Positions 24,549 to 37,667 of a stretch of 64,000 nt of DNA are shown one piece after another; position 1 is the first letter of the stretch, and each line of letters opens with the position of its first letter. The notes beneath the pieces were generated by a model, which saw nothing but the letters and a program-made list of their open reading frames with translations, had not been told where the DNA came from and searched no databases. The stretch is from NCBI RefSeq assembly GCF_963921235.1, contig NC_086097.1, forward strand, positions 52,888,001-52,952,000, in the 5' to 3' direction. Source of the stretch: Mobula hypostoma. Its lineage: Eukaryota. The position numbers and the translations under genes were made by a program.

Positions 24549-27500
24549 GCACCTCTTCCTATGGATGCTGCTTGGCCTGCTGCGTTCACCAGCAACTTTG
24601 ATGTGTGTTGCTTGAATTTCCAGCATCTGCAGAATTCCTGTTGTTTGCGTATAATATCTTTTCGCGATTTATTTTTGGATAATTGTTTTATGTCTTTTGA
24701 TCAACTTTCTAATAAATATAACTTACCCAGATCTCACTTTTTTAGGTATCTACAGATTAGAAACTTTTTAATTACTGTTTCCCCTAATTTTCCACACCCA
24801 TATCCAATGGACACTTTGGAAAAAATCTTAGATTTAAATCTCTCTCAGAAAAGTGTAGTAGCAATTATATATAATATAATTATGAATCTATGTCCTGATG
24901 CTTCTAATAAAATTAAAGCTGACTGGGAAAGAGAACTTGAGATTAATATACCGACTGAAAAATGGGAAAAAATTCTTCAGTTGGTGAACTCATCCTCCAT
25001 ATGTGCTAAGCATAGGTTGATACAGTTTAAAGTAGTGCACAGGGCTTATATGTCCAAAGATAAACTATCTCGTTATTACTCTTATATTAATCCAATATGT
25101 GACAGATGCCATTCCGAGATAGCTTCTTTAACCCACATGTTTTGGTCACGTCCCTTGTTGGAGAAATATTGGAAAGATATTTTTGATATTATTTCAACGG
25201 TCCTAAATATAGACTTATAACCTCATCCAATTACTGCTATCTTTGGACTACCAATGATAGATTTAAATAATTTAACCTCTTCATCACGAAGGATGATTGC
25301 ATTTCTTTCTTTAATAGCTAGAAGGTCCATTTTGTTGAATTGGAAAGAGATTAATCCTCCTACTCTATTTCATTGGTTTTCACAAACTATGGTGTGTTTG
25401 AATTTGGAGAAAATTAGAAGTGCAGTTTATGACCCTTCCATTAAGTTTGAAAAAACTTGGAGGCCATTCATTCAGCATTTTCATTTGATGTAATTTGATC
25501 ATTTCCAAATTTGTTTTATCTCTCTGTACTGTTGTTGGAGGGGAATGGAGTCGTCGACACTAAGGTTTTCTTCTTTTCCACTTTTAAGTTGTTAGTTTTG
25601 CCCAAGTCTTTTAGTTTGTTGATTAAGTTTGTTTTTCTTTGGGGATGGGGTTTGCTTTTTTTTTGTTTTTTTTTTCTTTTTCATGATTTTTTTTCCAGTT
25701 TTTTTTTGCTTTGTATTATCCGTGGTTAATTCTACATGTTTGGGAGCTTTGTTGATTTACACTACTTGGTTTTGCAATTACTTTTTTAAGTGTAACAATA
25801 TATCTCCTATTATTTGTATTATTGCTATGTTTTGTTTCTATATTTTGAAATTAATAAAAAGATTGAAAAAGAAAGAAAGAAAAAGAAGGAAAAAGAGAAC
25901 TCCAACTAACTAAAAAAAAACCCACTAACTACAAAAAAAAACCATTAGGAACCAACACCCAGAGCAATACATCTTAGAATCATCTATATATATATAAAAT
26001 ATATATATTTTAAAAAGAAACGCAAAATCATATTTATATAACATAAAATTGGAAGGAAACCATACAAATTAATTCAAATTAAATGATAATATTTGGCAAA
26101 AGAGCCCCACCTTCTCTCAAAATCGAATCAGGGATCAAAAGTTCTACTTCTAATTTTTTCCAAACTAAGACGTAACATTACTTGGGAAAATCATTGAATT
26201 AGTGTAGGAGCAGAGGTATCTTTCCACTTCAATAAAATAGCCCTTCTTGCCAACAATGTAACAAATGCAATTACATGTTGGTTTGAAAATGAAATACCCT
26301 GAATATGATGCGGAGCTATTCCAAATAGAGCAGTCAATGTATTAGGTTGTAAATTAATTTTCAAAGCTTTAGAAGTTGTAGAAAATATTTCAATGAGGGA
26401 CATGACCAGAACATATGTGACAGAGTAGCTACTTCATTTTTACACCTATCACAATAATTGTCTATATTAGGAAATATTTTGGATAACCTCTCATATAAAG
26501 ACCCTCAGATGATTGCTATACCTTTAAACAACCCCGTTTATAAGATTGAAAACTACCCACATGGATTAGAAGAGAAGAAGCCTCTTGGATGAGTGGCGAA
26601 ATGTCTTCTAGACAACACAGCAAGTCCAGTTGCCTTGATTTACTACTGCTTGGTATACAATGACCTGGATGACTGAGAGCCTTCATGGATAATTGTGTTG
26701 GAACTTGTCCAAGCAAGAGATTAAGCCGTAATTAGGATAAAAACATGAAGTCAACTGGAACCCTCCATTGGAAATGTTTGTAAATGTCCACCTGACTGTC
26801 ATTGCAGACCAGGAATCAAACTAGGAGTTCTGTTCATTGCTTAGCATTGTGCATTTTCCAACTGGACCATTGAGGTGTCAGTGAATGTTACAATGGTATT
26901 AATTAACACTTCCTGATATGCAATAACGTGATATTGTATAAAGTACTGATGGGTAGAACATTAATTGACATTTCTAGATGCTTGGAATGGGAAGCTGAGT
27001 GACGCTGTTCACAGCCCTCGAGTATCAGTGTAATAATTTTGTAGTACTCCAGAACTCCATAGAAATGATCATGACCCCAAACAATGCCTGTCACCTGCAC
27101 ATACCTTTTGTACATCTTTAACAAAGTCTGATTGGCAAGTTCTGTGAGTGATTGGGTTTTGGTATTTCTCGAATATCAATGCAGCCAAGTATATACAAAT
27201 CATTAGCTAACCCCATGTTGCATGGTATCTAATGTGAATGATTATTAAAAGATTTTATGCAGCTGTTTAATTTGTACAGCTATCTGTAGGTAAACTTGGT
27301 GCTTTTTTATCCTTCCATTTGTGTTGAGGCTTGTCATGTCTTTTTTCAAAAATGTGCTGCACATGGTTAAATATAGTGCTGCAGCAGGGCACTGACGTGA
27401 TTTCTAAAGATTTCATTAATTTAGCTATAGCAAAGAACCTCTTTAAGATGGGTTAAGAAGATGAGAACAATTAGATTCATTACAGCATGACCGCAAGAAT

Positions 27501-28467
27501 GTGAAATTTACAAATTTAGGCAGTGAAATTTACAAAGCAATTGCCATTTTAAGTTGAGATTTGTGCTTTACATCAGGAAAAAATAAGGGAATTTCCCTGA
27601 ATAGCATTATCTCTTTCGTACTTGCATTTCTGCTCCAAGCACCTGATCCTAGTTCAGTATTCCTGTTCCTTCTAATGCCGTTGTCTTTCTCCCTTGATAA
27701 TTCCAATTGTGTATTATTTGGGAGAAGTTCCTTGGTTTCTTAACCCCCATTCTAATAATTTGTGGTTTGGGGTTTACTAGCAAGGCTGGTGCAAAGTGTA
27801 AAATTAATTTCACATGTTCTATTTGGATTCTTCTAACACGATTCGCCCTTCAGACCTAATTCTGCTCTTCTGCCCTCCCATTTCCAATATATCTCCAATC
27901 TGCTTACTTGATAATAAAGTTGAATTAATTTCAGAACATTGGCTTCCTTGAAGTATCTGGGCAGTGTTCAAATGCAAAGGAAATAATGTAGTCTTTATAA
28001 AACACTTTTTTGACCCTCATGGAACTGTGCCATGACCCACATTTTTAGGGATAAAATGTCAAAACTTTAAAGTACATGGGGGGAAATATTCTAAAACCTT
28101 ACTAGGAGTGTTTAACTTTTTGGGGGAAGACGCAGGCATTGGACGACTTAAAAGAGAAAGTTCATGGGAGATTTAAGACTTATTCCAAATTGATTTATCC
28201 AGTGATAATCATTTAAATAAAATTACTAAAAGTGAAGTTGAAGGAAGACAAGAATAATGGGCTTATCATTATGTACCATGCCATCATGGTCTATGATCCT
28301 GATTATTGGCAAATTCTATAGACAACTACTTGCATTTGCACTGTTGAACAGTGTTGGGATCAATCATGTCAATAAACCATTTGAAGCAAGGTCATCATTA
28401 TGTGGCTTTCCATATGATGTAGGCAATCATGCTCTATGATCATGATTGTCTTTGACCAATTCGATAG

Positions 28468-29064
28468 TAGATTATGAGAACACTCAGTCCTCTTTTATTG
28501 TCATTTAGAAATGCATACATGCTTTAAGAAATGATACAATGTTGTTTCTCTGGAGTGATATCACAGAAAACAAGACAAACCAAAGACTAACACTGACAAA
28601 ACCACATAATTATAACATATAGTTACAGCAATGCAAAGCAATACCATAATTTGATGAAGAACAGTCCATAGGCACAGTAAAAAAAAATAGTCTCAAAGTC
28701 CCCGAGTCGATTGACTCCCGAGTCCCTGATAGCAGTAGCAAAAGGGAGAAACTCCCTGCCATAAACTTCCAGGCACCGTCAACTTGCCGATACCTTGGAA
28801 GCAGCCGACCGTGGTCCATCCGTCCGAAAACTCCGAGCTTCCGAGCAGCCTCTCCGATACGGCCTCCCGAGCGCCATCCTCTGCCGAGCACCTTCAACCT
28901 CTCCCCAGCTGCTGAAACACGCAAAGCCGAGGATTTTGAGGCCTTCAGCTCCAGAGATTCCGGTTACCACACAGTAGCAGCGGTAGCAAAGCAGACAATT
29001 CAGAAGTTTTCCAGATGTTCTGCTATGCACTCTCGTCTGTCTCCATCAAATCAGAATTGTGCAC
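28468..29064 (-). repeat. Unclassified repeat inserted in the 28361-29330 repeat; partial copy at 50728-50815
   Basis: Shared agattatgag...cagtcctcttttattgtcatttag...aagaaatgatacaat between the two sites. Confidence 0.65.
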
Positions 29065-29904
29065 ATTGCTGCCTTCTGGGCAGTGCCTTTATAAGACAGG
29101 TGACCCCAGCCATTATCAATACTCTTCAGTGATTGTCTGCCTAGCATCAGTGGTCACATCACCAGGACTTGTGATGTGCACCAGCTACTCATAGGACCAT
29201 CCACCACCTGCTCCCATGGCTTCATGTGATGTTGATCGGGGTGGGTGGGCTAAACAGGTGATAGGACTTGCCCAAGGGTAATCTGCAGGCTAGCGGAAGG
29301 AAGGAGCATCTTACACCTCCTTTGATACCCAAGCCACCTGTGTTACTGCTGAAAAATTAATTTCATGGCATTTATACCTGGGGTATATATGCCTATTAAA
29401 AAAAATTTGAACTTGAGAATTTGAGGTAATGCATTGTGATCTGGAATTCACTGCCTGACAAGGTGGGAGTAGATTCAGTGGTTTTGAAAGAAATCATAAC
29501 TATTGGAGGGGAGGGTGTGTGTGTGTATCTGGAGAAATGCCAAGGAATGGCTATGAAAATGGTAAAATATCCTCTTATGGTGACCATATAATACTGCATA
29601 CCACCATAATGAACATCAAGCATCACTGTTCTGTTACAGCTTCCCAATATTACATAAGCAATTTTGAATTAAATGTAACCAACGTAGCTGTACCCTACAT
29701 TATCCACTCTCTTCTATGACAGTTGGCTTCAGAACTTGATTTTGCTAATAGTTTTCCTTCACGCTATGCTTGCCCTTCAAATTTGACCGTGATTCAGCTC
29801 CAGCTTCCTTTCAATCTCCAGATTCATCATGTGCTTGAACAGAGTTAGGCCCTTCAACCATTCGTTTAGATCATGGCAGGCCTATGCTTCGAACCCATTA
29901 ACTT

Positions 29905-31220
29905 TGTAGAACACAAGAAATAGGAGTAGGCCATCCGGCCCATCGAGCCTGCCCCACCATTCAATAAGATCATGGCTGATCTGTCTGTAAACTCAGCTCC
30001 ATCTACCTGCCTTTTCCCCGTAACCCTGAATTCCCTTACTACGTAAAACCTATCTAACTGTTTCTTAAATACATTTAGTGAAGAAGCCTCAACTGCTCTC
30101 CTGGGCAGAGAATTCCACAGATTCACCACTCCCTGGGAAAAACAGTTTCTCCTCATCTTCATCCTAAATCTTCTCCCCTGAATCTTGAGGCAATGTCCCC
30201 TAGTTCTAGTCTCATCTACCATTGGAAACAACTTTCCTACTTCTATCGTATCTATCCCTTTCAAAATGTTGTATGTTTCTATAAGATCCCGTCTCATTCT
30301 TCTGAACTCCAGAGAGTATAGTCCCAGACGACTCAATCTTTCCTCATAGGTTAACCCTTTCATCCCTGGAATCAACCTGGTGAACCTCCTCTGCACTGCC
30401 TCCAAAGCCAGTATATCCTTCCTCAAGTATGGAGACCAGAACTGCACACAGTACTCCAGGTGCGGATTCACCAGTACCCTGTATAGTTGCAGCATAACCT
30501 CCCTGCTTTTGAATTCAAGCCCTCTGGCAATGAAGGACAACTTTTTGTGATTCATGCACAAGCACTCCCAAGTCCCTCGGCACAACAGCATGCTACAATC
30601 TTTCACCATTTAAATCATAATCTGCTCTTCTATTATTCCTTCCAAAGTGGATGGTCTCGCAGTGACCAACATTGTATTCCATCTGCCAGACCTTGACTGA
30701 CTTACTTAACCCATCTATATCTCTCTGCAGACTCTCCACCTCCTCTGTACAATTTGCTTTTCCACTCAGTTTAGTGTCATCAGCAAATTTTGTTATGCTA
30801 CACTTAGTCCCCTCTTGCAAATCATCAATGTAAATGGTAAACAGCTGCGGGCCCAGCACCGACCCCTGCGGCACCCCACTCACCACTGACTGCCAACCGG
30901 AGAAACACCCATTTATACCAACTCTCTGTCTTCTATTGGTTAACCAATCCACTATCCATGCCAATACACTTCCTCCAACTCCATACATCCGTATCTTATT
31001 TATAAGTCTCTTGTGCTGCACCTTATCGAACACCTGAAAATCCAAGTATACAACATCCACCTGTTCCCCTCTATCCACTGCACTCATTATGTCCTCAAAG
31101 AACTCCAGTTAGTTTGTCAAACAGGACCTGCCCTTTCTGAATCTATGCTGTGTCTGTCTAATGGAACCACTCCTTTCTAAATGTTTTGCTATTTCTTCCT
31201 TAATGACAGCTTCAAGCATT
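29905..31220 (-). mobile_element. CR1 LINE RT 3' portion
   Basis: VDVVYLDFQ, SGVPQGSVLGP, KFADD and PHLEYCVQFWSP motifs. Confidence 0.92.
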
Positions 31221-31514
31221 GTAAACAAATAATACTTTTTGGTCCTGAATTTCATTTCTCTTGGGTGGCTACAACATTTGCATATCTTTTTTTAAAGAAA
31301 AGCTTAGTTCTTGCAAGCCCTTCTTCCTAATTTTAAGATCATCTTAAGATTCCAACATCAGATGAAATGGTTTCTTTTTGTATTACATTTTATAATTTTA
31401 AATACATCAACTGGATTGCACCCTTAATTCTAATGAACTTGGTCTAATTAAGCAGACTTTGATAACATTCATTGAACCTGCTATGCTATTCTGATGTAGT
31501 TTTCCTTTTGAGTA

Positions 31515-31823
31515 AAGTAAAGGCATCTGTTAGTCTTGCGAGACCATGGAGACCAAGTCTTCACTCTCCATGGCGCAGGCCTGGGGAAGGTTGTATGGAA
31601 GACTGGCAGTTGCCCATGCTGCAAGTCTCCCCTCTCCACGACACTGATGTTGTCCAAGGGAAGGGCATTAGGACCCATACAGCTTGGCACTAGTGTCGCT
31701 GCAGAGCACTGTGTGATTAAGTGCTTTGCTCAAGGACACTCACACGCTGCCTTGGCTAGGGCTTGAACTCACGACCTTCAGATCGCTAGTTGAATGCCTT
31801 AACCACTTGGCCACGTGCCCACG
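31515..31823 (-). mobile_element. tRNA-derived SINE
   Basis: Head GGGCACGTGGCCAAGTGGTTAAGGC...GTGAGTTCAAGCCC. 12-bp TSD tccttttgagta (31503-31514 and 31824-31835). Confidence 0.88.
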
Positions 31824-32039
31824 TCCTTTTGAGTATTGTGCCCAAAACTAAACATTACTCAGAACAGAAACCAATCAGCTCTGCAACCAAATTGCATTCT
31901 TAGTTTTAAATCTGAATCCCATGCTAAGTGCCAATATTTCACGAGCTTTCCTGGTTACTCATATCTGTGAACTCCTTTTCACATTTGAAACCTCAATCCT
32001 GGAACACCTATTCAAATGCTGAAATCCATTTCCCCTACC

Positions 32040-32975
32040 TCTAACAGTTATTCCTGGACAAAGTAGGTAGTTTTCCTTCCACCCGCCAGCATTAAATGGA
32101 TCATCCTTGGCAAATTCTGTCAGCTCCCACTAGGTTCCACCACCAGGTACATAGTCTCTCACCTCTCCTTTCACATTTTGAAAGGGTCATCCCTTTTGCA
32201 ACTCCCTGGTCAGCTCCTCCCCATTAAGTAGCATGTTCCCATACAGCAGCAGGAGATGCAACTCCTATCTGATCACTCTGCCCTACCAACACAGAAATCC
32301 ATGTCTTTTGCTTCTACTTTTTCATCTCACCTCAGTCCCATTTGGAGAATCCAAATGCAGGTTGAGTGACTGCATTGTGAAGAACCTGTGCTCAGTCTGC
32401 AGGAGGCCATGAATCTGTTGCCTGATTCATTTCTTTCCCACTCTAACTTCAATGTAGCCTCCTACATTATCACAACAGCCAATACAAGTTCGAGGAGCAA
32501 ATGCCTCATCTTCCAACTAGACACTTTGCAGCCTGAACTTGATATCAAGTTCTCTTACTATGGATAACTTGCTTTTTATTCATTTGTCTGCCATTCTTTT
32601 TAACTTTCACATCTATATTCTAGTCTGCTGAGCATATTCTATCCAGTAAGATGGACTTTATAAAGGCATTCAAACATTTAAAACTTTTTAATACTTTAAA
32701 ACATTAGCAACGTGTTACACAGATAAAGGAGATTAACTGCCTTTTTCTGCCTATTGGAGAAAATATTCCACCTGTTCTACCAATCCATCCACCCCCCTGC
32801 CCCCCATCTTCTCTGCTACCTATACCAACATTTTTACTCTTTCTAGGTTTTTGATGGGGTCCAAGGCATGAAACATTTCTTCATTCTGCCTGTCGTGCAT
32901 ACCATCCAAATGTTGTTCCAGCATTTTCTGTTTGTACTTCAGATTTCTAGTCTCTACAGTTCTTTGATTTTTCTC
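32040..32975 (+). mobile_element. Highly degenerate Penelope-like remnant
   Basis: Patchy similarity to the reverse complement of copies 1-3, covering the endonuclease region and terminal repeat. Confidence 0.55.
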
Positions 32976-34929
32976 CAGCTCATCTTTGCATCTTTCCAGC
33001 CTGGTTTCTTGCCTGTAATGATCAAAACTGCAAAATAGTATTCCCTTCCTGTTATCTTGACTATATTTCTTTTCTGCAACCTCAGAAGACTTTGGCTCAT
33101 TTGACCTAGTTTGTATATTTCTCTTGTGTCTTTTTACATGATCAGCAAAACTAATATTTCTATGATTAACTAGAAGTGGCTAGATTATTTCCAATTGCAA
33201 TTTCACACTCCACGGAATGACAAAATTTATTTTCCCGATCTCCTCGCCTCCTGGCAACTGCAGCATCAACCCAATGTCATGTTTCAATTCCATCATGAAC
33301 ATGCCCTCACTTTCTCATCGGTGCATTGTTCCTGTTCTGTCAGAGCAAGCCTGATTCCTCACCTGTATAAACCAGACCTATCCACCTTGTACATTTTTCT
33401 TTTCCATTCTCTCATGCCATCATCTTCAAATTAAATTTACTGAAAACTAATCCTTGATCTCTTTAGATTGTAAGTGGAATTCTCATTCGATTTCTACCTA
33501 AATTTCACTTTTTAAAACCCTCCTTGAAATTACTTCTCTTGTTAAATATTGGAAAGATCATAGTCTTCATACGTGACTCCCAGTTACAAGCTGTGTTTTA
33601 GTCTTCCAGCGATTTCAATTGATGATTTAACCTTCCAGACTGTTTTACTTTCTCTTTTTGAATTGTTATATTAGCCCATCTGTTCCTGATCTTCTTCAAC
33701 ATGCCTTTGCCACAGTTGAGTCTGAAGGTATCAATATTCTCTTAGCAAACGTCCCATCCACTAATTTAAACCAGCTGAACCAAAACTCCGTTCAGTATCA
33801 ATCCTCCCTGGATAATCATTCTTGTGTTCACTGTTGAAGATTAAATAACTAGAAGACACTAACACGTGTAGTAAAATTTCATCCCTATGTTATTCCCCTC
33901 TGATGCCTTGCATTCATCCCATTTGAACAAACGTCTGGTGTTTCCACCCTTTGTTCAACTGTTTGTGGTTGCGTGAGCCAGAGCAAGATTTTTACACCAA
34001 TCTGTCTTTCACTTTCTGCTCCCCTGTCCAACTTCCTTTGATCAAACTGGTAGTCAGTCCCCTGAGCTAACTTTGCCTTCATATTATTTTGATGGCATGC
34101 ACATGAAAGGCAGAGTATAAATGTATAGTTTTCTGACAGGAAGTATAAATTCTGTCTTCACATTTTTGTTTGAATCTAATGACTCCTAGGGCTTCCATCT
34201 CCTATTAAAAATACATTGTTTTGAAACATTGGGTTTTCTTCCTTGGCAGCATTAATAAATTCGCCTTGTATTTTGAGACCTTTCAACACTTAACGGTACT
34301 CAAATGTCCTTTACCTAGTAGCACTGATATTACAAAGAAATTATCTGTGTTTTTGTCCACTTTCCTCTTTGTACTTTTAATTGATGTTTTTCCTACTTTG
34401 TCAAATTTGCCCTTGGAATCCTGTCTTCCTTTATATAATCTGTTCATGTCTTCTCTGGAAGGATGAAGGGAAAATATCTCCACTTGGGTTGTACATGAGC
34501 AAAGCCTCCTGTTGGCCATTGCTTTAACTGTCTTCCTCCATTTTCTGAATCTTCACCCTGTACGCTGTCAAATTACAGGAGCAAGATCCACTCATGTGAC
34601 AAGGGTAGATTATAGCTTGTTTTACACAAACTTTGAATTCCACAATGTGTTTTAGCACAACACATTTTCCAGATGTTCAGCATGCATTCCAAATTCCTTT
34701 TGGCAAAGTCAGATAATACTGCATTTATAAAATCCTTGACTGCATTTTCAGCCTCTTTTGTCATTTAATGTCCCCTGCTCTACATATCATCCCTCCCTTT
34801 GTTCCCTGACTTAAAATTTTTCTTGTCAACTCATCCAAATTTAGATGAAATGTCATCATCCTAGATTGTAAGCAATTATTAACAATTTTAATAAATTGCA
34901 TCTCACTGACGATCTAGACAAGTGCACCT

Positions 34930-35770
34930 CAAGGATATGTGCTTACCCACTGCTCTACACTCTTTTCACGTGACTGTGGCTAGGCAAAGCCATCTATAAG
35001 TTTCCTGTGGCAGAATTTCAGACTGTGACAAGAAGGCTTACAGGAGTGAGATTGGCTGGTTAAGGGTTGTTTCACCCTTGCGCTGTGTCAGCAAGACCAA
35101 GGAACTGATTGTAAACCTCAGAAAGGGGAAGTCAGGAGAACACATCAGTCCTCATTGAGGGGGTCAGTGGTGGAAAGGGTGAGCAGCCATTTCCCGGGCA
35201 TTGATATCCCAGAGGATCTATCCTGGACACAACATATTAATGTAAGCACGAAGAAGGCATGCCAGCAGTTCTACTTCATTGGGAGCTTGAGCAGATTTAG
35301 TACATCAATAAAGACCCTTAAATTTCTATTTATGTGGTGGACAGCATTCTAACAGGTTGCATCACTGCTTGTTGAGGTGGCTTTAGTGCACAGGATTTGC
35401 AAGAGTTTGCAGTGAGTATTAGATTCAACCAACTCCATTATAGGCAGAACACTCCTCACCAGGGTGTCTTCAGAGGTGTTGCCTCAAAGCCGCATATATC
35501 CTTAAAGACCCCCATGAACTGGAGCATGTCATTTCTCATTGCTAGCATCAGGGAGGAGGCACAGAATCCTGAAGATGCCTATTCAATGATTTAGAAACAG
35601 CTTCTTTCCCTCTGCCATCACGTTTCTGAATGGTACTTGATCACTACCTCATTATTTTTTGTTTGTACTATTTCATTGTTGTAATTAATAGATTTTTGTC
35701 CTTGCATTGCATTGGCTGCAAAATGCAAGTTTCACATGTCAGCAATCATAATAAATCTGATTCTGATTTC
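34930..35770 (+). mobile_element. Rex-Babar-like LINE 3' fragment
   Basis: SKTKELIV...VERVSSHFPGIDIPEDLSW...KKACQQFYFI; ends aataaatctgattctgatt. Confidence 0.7.
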
Positions 35771-37409
35771 TCGAGTTGGTAATTTTCAGTTTTTCCATTC
35801 AGAATTCCAGCATTTCATGTACATTGCGTTCTTTGGGAGGAATTGCATTTCCTAATCTGAATATTTTGGAAACAATCCTACTCGCCTAACAAATTAAAGA
35901 TGTTTAACTTTTTTCTATTTTACTGAAATGTTAAGCAATCCCTTTTAATCACTATTTTACTGTTTTCTATTTTTTGATTTCAGCCTTTTTAGAGGTTACA
36001 ACTGGTATTGTCCTTGTAGATCCAAATCCCAAATGTTGCGTAGGATCATTCTCTCACCATGTCGATATCCTTGCCTAAAATATTAATAATAGGTGAACAT
36101 GAACATGATGCTTTATTCCATGAAGCAATCATATTGTCTTTCACTCAGTTTCACTCAAGCCACTAGAATTTTCTTCTCTCAGTTTATACAGTTTTTTTTA
36201 GCATTTCATTAGAATGGCCTATCTGTTCATTGCTTTTGCATATAGATCTAAAATCGGGATATTTTTCTCCAGATTTGCATGTTCCTATGATCTAAACTTG
36301 GGGTTCAGGCTAAAACATTTTAAGTCATCTGACATTTCTACCTAATGCAGTTGTGTAGCATAATCTATATGTAAGTATGAATACAATTGTGTAAGCAGAA
36401 TGTGGAAATACAATAAAGCAAATATATTTTGAAATCATTACAATCAATGAGTTACCTATATTTCTAGAGATAAGGATGGTTTTACCCAGCTGCACCTTCT
36501 GCAGTTGTACCAAGATAAAGTGAGTCCTTCATGATCCATGACACATACTCTTCGCCATACTTCCATTCAGATATTTCCTCTTCACATAGCATTTGCTAAC
36601 TTTTCAAAATTACCATTTCACACAACAATTTGTAATATTTCAAGCCTCATAATGAAATGTTTCTTCTATGGTCTTTCTAATGTTTCATAGCTCTGTGATA
36701 GTTACTTCCATAAACCAACTTAATTTCTTCCTGTGTGGACATTACTGACATAGCACCAAAGAGCTACAACCAGCCACTGGGCTTTTCATAAATAGATACT
36801 TACCAATTTAAGAATTTCCTAGAAACTGAAATGTCCTATATAAACGGCTTTTTTTTTCTCTTCCTTGCTTTCAATAACTCTCTCCAGTGGCTTGCTGTAA
36901 CTAAATTTTCTCCTCCTTAACCAGGATACTCCTCTTTCTTCCCCCCAACCCCCCACCCAACCCACTTGTTTCCTCCTGTTTCTTGGCTGCATTATAATGC
37001 TGGACAATGTCACCTGCAGAAAACATGACAATTTTTAGCTATGTCACATCTATTTCTGCCTAACCCTCAACCATGTTATCTAATCCAAAGTGTTCTTATG
37101 AATAATTGAATACGATCACTTCAGCCCTCCTATCACTTACTTATGTTTTTATCTTCATTCCCAGTACTCCATAGTGAAGTAAATTAACTGCTTTGTCATT
37201 TCATTTGGTGTTACATTTATCCTCTCAAAAGACCACTTACATCCATGCCAAGCTTTTGGCCAACCCTCCTAATCTGTATTGAATTCACTGATCCAATGAA
37301 AGAAATTAGTAAATTGGCTTGAAGATTTAATGTCCTGTGCACAATTGTTTTGTACTATTGAATTCACTTTCTGATTGTTTCATTATTATAATGTGCATCT
37401 TTTTTGCAG

Positions 37410-37459
37410 GTTATTTTCAAGGCTAAAGCCAAATATTGTCCAGAACTTAACAAATACAA
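37410..37459 (+). CDS. GPR137C: GPR137C exon 2
   Basis: tttttgcag|VIFKAKAKYCPELNKYK|gtgagt. 50 nt, phase 0 to 2. Confidence 0.88.
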
Positions 37460-37667
37460 GTGAGTAGCAAATATGCATTCTGGAAATAGTTACATTAAAA
37501 TGAGCATATTTCCAAAGAACATGATTTCACAAATTAGCATTTCTGTTACTTCATGAATTAAGTGGCCAAAAACATTTTTTTGTGAATTTGGCTTAAAATG
37601 TGTTGAAAATGATGTACAGTATGTCAGTGTTTGATTTGCAACATATTATAGCAGTTTCTACCCATCA

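Larger units (their letters stand above)
24085..24650 (+). mobile_element. Penelope-derived cassette: inverted terminal repeat, terminal repeat, ORF-start fragment, terminal repeat
   Basis: TSD (gt)ataatat at 24076-24084 and 24649-24657. Removing the cassette restores L1 KTKGII-SFRDLF. Confidence 0.9.
22580..25880 (+). mobile_element. L1-clade LINE ORF2 (RT through C-terminal Cys-rich region), disrupted
   Basis: YRPISLLNVDSKI, SLDAEKAFDRV, GTRQGCPLSPLLF, LYADD and CDRC...HMFW motifs; AATAAA and a (GAAA)n tail. Confidence 0.95.
22438..26495 (-). mobile_element. L1-clade LINE 3' fragment (22438-~22575 plus ~25880-26495)
   Basis: TSD taaagaccctca (22426-22437 and 26496-26507). Reads LTALFG...IAFVTLLARRAILLKWK, with a CDRC...SHMFWSC zinc-knuckle-like segment. 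Confidence 0.8.
22098..26690 (+). mobile_element. Second, older Penelope family remnant (22098-22437 plus 26496-26690), split by L1 insertions
   Basis: EAIFVEPENPSLNRG resembles the GIY-YIG C-terminus. Inverted terminal repeats at 22100-22245 and 26512-26657 carry a degenerate hammerhead-like core. Confidence 0.7.

Noticed and set aside
24312..25220. 302-aa ORF suggesting a novel fusion protein
   Set aside because: It is chance read-through from the Penelope cassette into the L1 ORF2 C-terminus, and its listed start is not an ATG.
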